Positions 61,479-64,000 of a stretch of 64,000 bases of DNA are shown one piece after another. How positions within the stretch are numbered: position 1 is the first letter of the stretch; each line of letters begins with the position of its first letter. A model generated the notes under the pieces. It was not told the origin of the DNA. It saw nothing but the letters and a program-made list of their open reading frames with translations, and did no database searches. Source of the stretch: Coriobacteriales bacterium (GTDB lineage Bacteria; Actinomycetota; Coriobacteriia; Coriobacteriales; UBA8131); assembly GCA_031279835.1 (NCBI GenBank), contig JAITHV010000075.1, forward strand, positions 948 to 64,947, given 5' to 3'. Made by a program: the position numbers and the translations under genes.

Positions 61479-64000
61479 GTGACAGCAGCAAACAAAGACA
61501 TCGCCATCGTCGGCATCTCCCTGCTTTGCCCCGCAGGAGACTGTGTCGAGGAGTTCTGGCACAGTATAGCAACAGGTGGCGACTTTATCACCGAGATACC
61601 AGACAACATCATCGAGTCCTTTTACTTTGACAAGGACAGCTCAGCCGCCGACCGCTTCTACTGCAACAAGGGCGGCGTGAGCAAGCCATGCTGGGTGGAC
61701 CCTTTGCGCTACGGGCTTCTCCCCGTGACGGTCAAGGGGCTTGACCCTGAGCAGCTTATCTCGCTCAGCCTCGTAGAGCGCGCGCTCATTGACGCGGGGG
61801 TGTATGAGAAGGACCTGCCGCTCAACAAGGGCAGCATGATCATCGGAAGAGGGAGCTTTCCCGGCGTCGTGACATTGCGCTGCAACGAGATAGTGCGTTC
61901 CTCCAACCAGCTTGTGCTGCTGCTCAAAGAGGCGCTGCCCTCGCTGAGCGACGAGGACCTCAACCAGTTCAGGAAGGTGTACCAGTCTCGCCAGGGGATG
62001 TTCCAGTCAGACACCGCCATCGGGACGATGCCCAACCTCATCGCCTCGCTCGTTGCGAACCGCTTCGACATGCAAGGCCCCGCCTACCTGCTCGACGCCG
62101 CCTGCGCGAGCGGCATCGTCGCCATCGACCACTCGATCACGCTTCTGCGCAGCGGACAGTGCGATATAGCGGTCGCCGGCGGCATGCACGCGGGCCACAG
62201 CTCTATGTTCATGAGCGCCTTCAACATGATGGGCGCCATGACACACAAAGGGCAGATCACCCCCTTTGCCAAAAACGCCGACGGGCTGATCGTCGGCGTG
62301 GGCGAGGCGTTCATCGTGCTCAAGACCCTCGAGAAGGCCGAGCGCGACGGCGACCGCATCTATGCCGTCATAAAAGACACGGCCGTGTGCAGCGACGGCG
62401 GCGGCTCCCACGTGACAGTCACTTCTGTCCCCGGCGAAGTGCGCGTCATGGACCTCGCCTGGAAGAAGGCCGGGATGGACCCGGCCAAAATTGGCTATGT
62501 CGAGGCGCATGGGACCGGCACGCCTGTCGGGGACCGCGTGGAGATAACGGCGCTCAAGGAGTTCTTCGGCGACTCCAGCACGCCCCGCGCCTGGGTGGGC
62601 TCCCTGAAGTCGAATGTCGGCCACATGATGGGCGCCGCAGGCATCATGGGAGTCATCAAGGCGGCACTTGCCCTGTACTACCGCACCATTCCGCCGACCC
62701 TGCACTGCGAAGAGCCGCTGCCCGTCATGTTCGAGTCGCGCTTCCTGCCGCCCTCCGAGGCAATCCCCTGGGACGAGGACCAGTATCCCCTTGTCGCCGC
62801 AGTCAACGCGTTTGGCTTTGGCGGCATCAACTCGCACGCCATTCTGACCGCTTACAAGCCGTCTGCAGGCGCGCCGCCTCAGCCGCTCCCCCGCCCCTGG
62901 CTCGGGGAGACGATCATGCTCTCTGCCCCCGACAAAGAGGCACTTGTCGCCAAAGTCAAAGCGGGCGATTTCACCGACACGGGCGGCAGCTGGCGCATCG
63001 CCCTGTTCGACCCCACCGAGAAGCGCCTTGCGCTCGCCCTCTCCATCATTGACAAGGGAGTGCCTTGGCGCGGCCGCTCGGACATCTGGTTCAGCAACGA
63101 GCAGCTGCTGACCGAAGGCGGCAAGACGGTCTTCATGTTCCCGGGCTTCTTCCCTGAGGAGGCGCCCGACACAGACGACCTGACCGGTTGCCTTGGCCTT
63201 CCGATGCGCGACCAGGTCGTCGACGAGCTTGTCGCCCTGATAAAAGACCCCAGCTCGGTCAAACGCGAAGGCATCCGCAACATGGAGACCGTCTGCGCAC
63301 AAGACCTGATGCTGCGCGCCTTTGACAAGCTCGGCATCAAGGCAGACCTGTACATCGGCCACAGCATCGGCGAGTGGATGGCAAACACCTTCGCCGGCAA
63401 CGGGACCTCTGAGGACTTCTCCGAGATCATCAAGCTCGTCGGCGACTCCCAGACCGAGCACACGCATCCCTTTATCGCCGTCAGCGTCGACCTCGACACC
63501 GCGCTCACATGGTGCGCTCAGATACCCGGCCTGTACGTCTCCAATGACAACTGCCCTGGACAGATCCTCATGTGTGGGGAGAAGGCCGCGCATGACACGC
63601 TGCTCGAGCTGCTTGAGCGCGAGAGGGTCTTCTACACGGTCTTGCCTTTTGGCAGCGGCATGCACACGCCGCTTTGGAACGACCGGCTCGACAAGTCCAT
63701 GGCCAGCCTCGACCTCTTCGAGAACGTGCAGGGGTCGGTCCCCGTCTGGTCTGCAACGACGCTAGAGCCTATCCCCACCAACTCCGAGGAGTACCGCACG
63801 CTCGTCCGACGACAGCTCGTCGAGCCGGTCTACTTTCGCGAGCTGACCGAGAAGCTCTACCACGAGCAAGGCGCGCGTCTCTTTGTGCAGATCGGCTCCG
63901 GCAACCTCGTGGGCTTTGTGGAGAACACGCTCAAGGGCTTGCCGTTCGGCGCGGTGTCCACCGTGTCGCCCGGTCGCAGCGCGCTCGCGCAGATGCGACG
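61479..64000 (+). CDS. Second Pfa-type synthase subunit (KS followed by a GHSIGE acyltransferase-like domain), 3' end beyond the window. Absent from the ORF track because there is no stop in the window.
   Basis: Manual translation from GTG 61479 (in-frame TGA at 61440) gives VTAANKDIAIVGISLLCPAG...LLDAACASGIVAIDHS (Cys codon 62103-62105), VEAHGTGTPVGD, LKSNVGHMMGAAG, AFGFGGINSHAIL, then KTVFMFPGF...LYIGHSIGEWMA. The frame is open to position 64000. Confidence 0.88.
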   Translation, partial: MTAANKDIAIVGISLLCPAGDCVEEFWHSIATGGDFITEIPDNIIESFYFDKDSSAADRFYCNKGGVSKPCWVDPLRYGLLPVTVKGLDPEQLISLSLVERALIDAGVYEKDLPLNKGSMIIGRGSFPGVVTLRCNEIVRSSNQLVLLLKEALPSLSDEDLNQFRKVYQSRQGMFQSDTAIGTMPNLIASLVANRFDMQGPAYLLDAACASGIVAIDHSITLLRSGQCDIAVAGGMHAGHSSMFMSAFNMMGAMTHKGQITPFAKNADGLIVGVGEAFIVLKTLEKAERDGDRIYAVIKDTAVCSDGGGSHVTVTSVPGEVRVMDLAWKKAGMDPAKIGYVEAHGTGTPVGDRVEITALKEFFGDSSTPRAWVGSLKSNVGHMMGAAGIMGVIKAALALYYRTIPPTLHCEEPLPVMFESRFLPPSEAIPWDEDQYPLVAAVNAFGFGGINSHAILTAYKPSAGAPPQPLPRPWLGETIMLSAPDKEALVAKVKAGDFTDTGGSWRIALFDPTEKRLALALSIIDKGVPWRGRSDIWFSNEQLLTEGGKTVFMFPGFFPEEAPDTDDLTGCLGLPMRDQVVDELVALIKDPSSVKREGIRNMETVCAQDLMLRAFDKLGIKADLYIGHSIGEWMANTFAGNGTSEDFSEIIKLVGDSQTEHTHPFIAVSVDLDTALTWCAQIPGLYVSNDNCPGQILMCGEKAAHDTLLELLERERVFYTVLPFGSGMHTPLWNDRLDKSMASLDLFENVQGSVPVWSATTLEPIPTNSEEYRTLVRRQLVEPVYFRELTEKLYHEQGARLFVQIGSGNLVGFVENTLKGLPFGAVSTVSPGRSALAQMR

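Noticed and set aside
62007-63665. 552-aa ORF antisense to the second synthase gene. Similar long antisense or alternate-frame ORFs occur at 56757-57758, 55248-55721, 60522-61094, 59300-60088 and 58164-58670.
   Set aside because: The plus-strand frame carries unambiguous KS/AT/ACP/KR motifs. The antisense ORFs are low-complexity (R/A/G/D-rich) and are expected by chance in high-GC sequence that lacks antisense stop codons.

Overview
High-GC, densely coding chromosomal segment from a Gram-positive, Actinomycetota-type organism. The gene content (ferredoxin-dependent iorAB, DegV, sepF/divIVA, ferredoxin-like genes) suggests an anaerobic Coriobacteriia-like host; this is inference only. From 0 to 19.5 kb, almost all on the minus strand, the window is core genome: a ferredoxin-like gene, pgi, the alpha r-protein operon (infA-rpmJ-rpsM-rpsK-rpsD-rpoA-rplQ), a ygbA-like gene, DegV, a division cluster (ftsZ-yggS-sepF-proC-yggT-divIVA), modABC and infC-rpmI-rplT. 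From 19.8 to 28.4 kb the content looks more accessory: a radical-SAM/DUF4130 putative DNA-repair pair behind a promoter carrying two LexA (Cheo-type) boxes, an IS1634-like insertion sequence with about 36-bp imperfect terminal inverted repeats, a GNAT gene, YjbQ, and an ArsR-regulated P1B metal ATPase with a perfect 20-bp operator. From 28.5 to 44.5 kb: a parvulin+FKBP lipoprotein foldase, iorAB-paaK, an L,D-transpeptidase, glmU-prs-pth, a MATE exporter, birA, an NhaP-type antiporter and tRNA-Gln(UUG). From 44.6 to 64 kb: a hybrid histidine kinase ending in a hemerythrin domain, a MacB/FtsX-type ABC system with a very long coiled-coil ectodomain, and a PUFA-synthase-like (Pfa-type) polyketide or secondary-lipid cluster. 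That cluster comprises a discrete ACP, an alpha/beta hydrolase, a 2318-aa ER-ER-KS-AT-ACP-KR megasynthase and a KS-AT protein, and it runs off the window end. It is my best candidate for an undescribed system. All calls come from reading the sequence and ORF translations and from recalled family motifs; no database search was possible. Many long ORFs in the supplied track are antisense or frame artefacts of high GC and were rejected.
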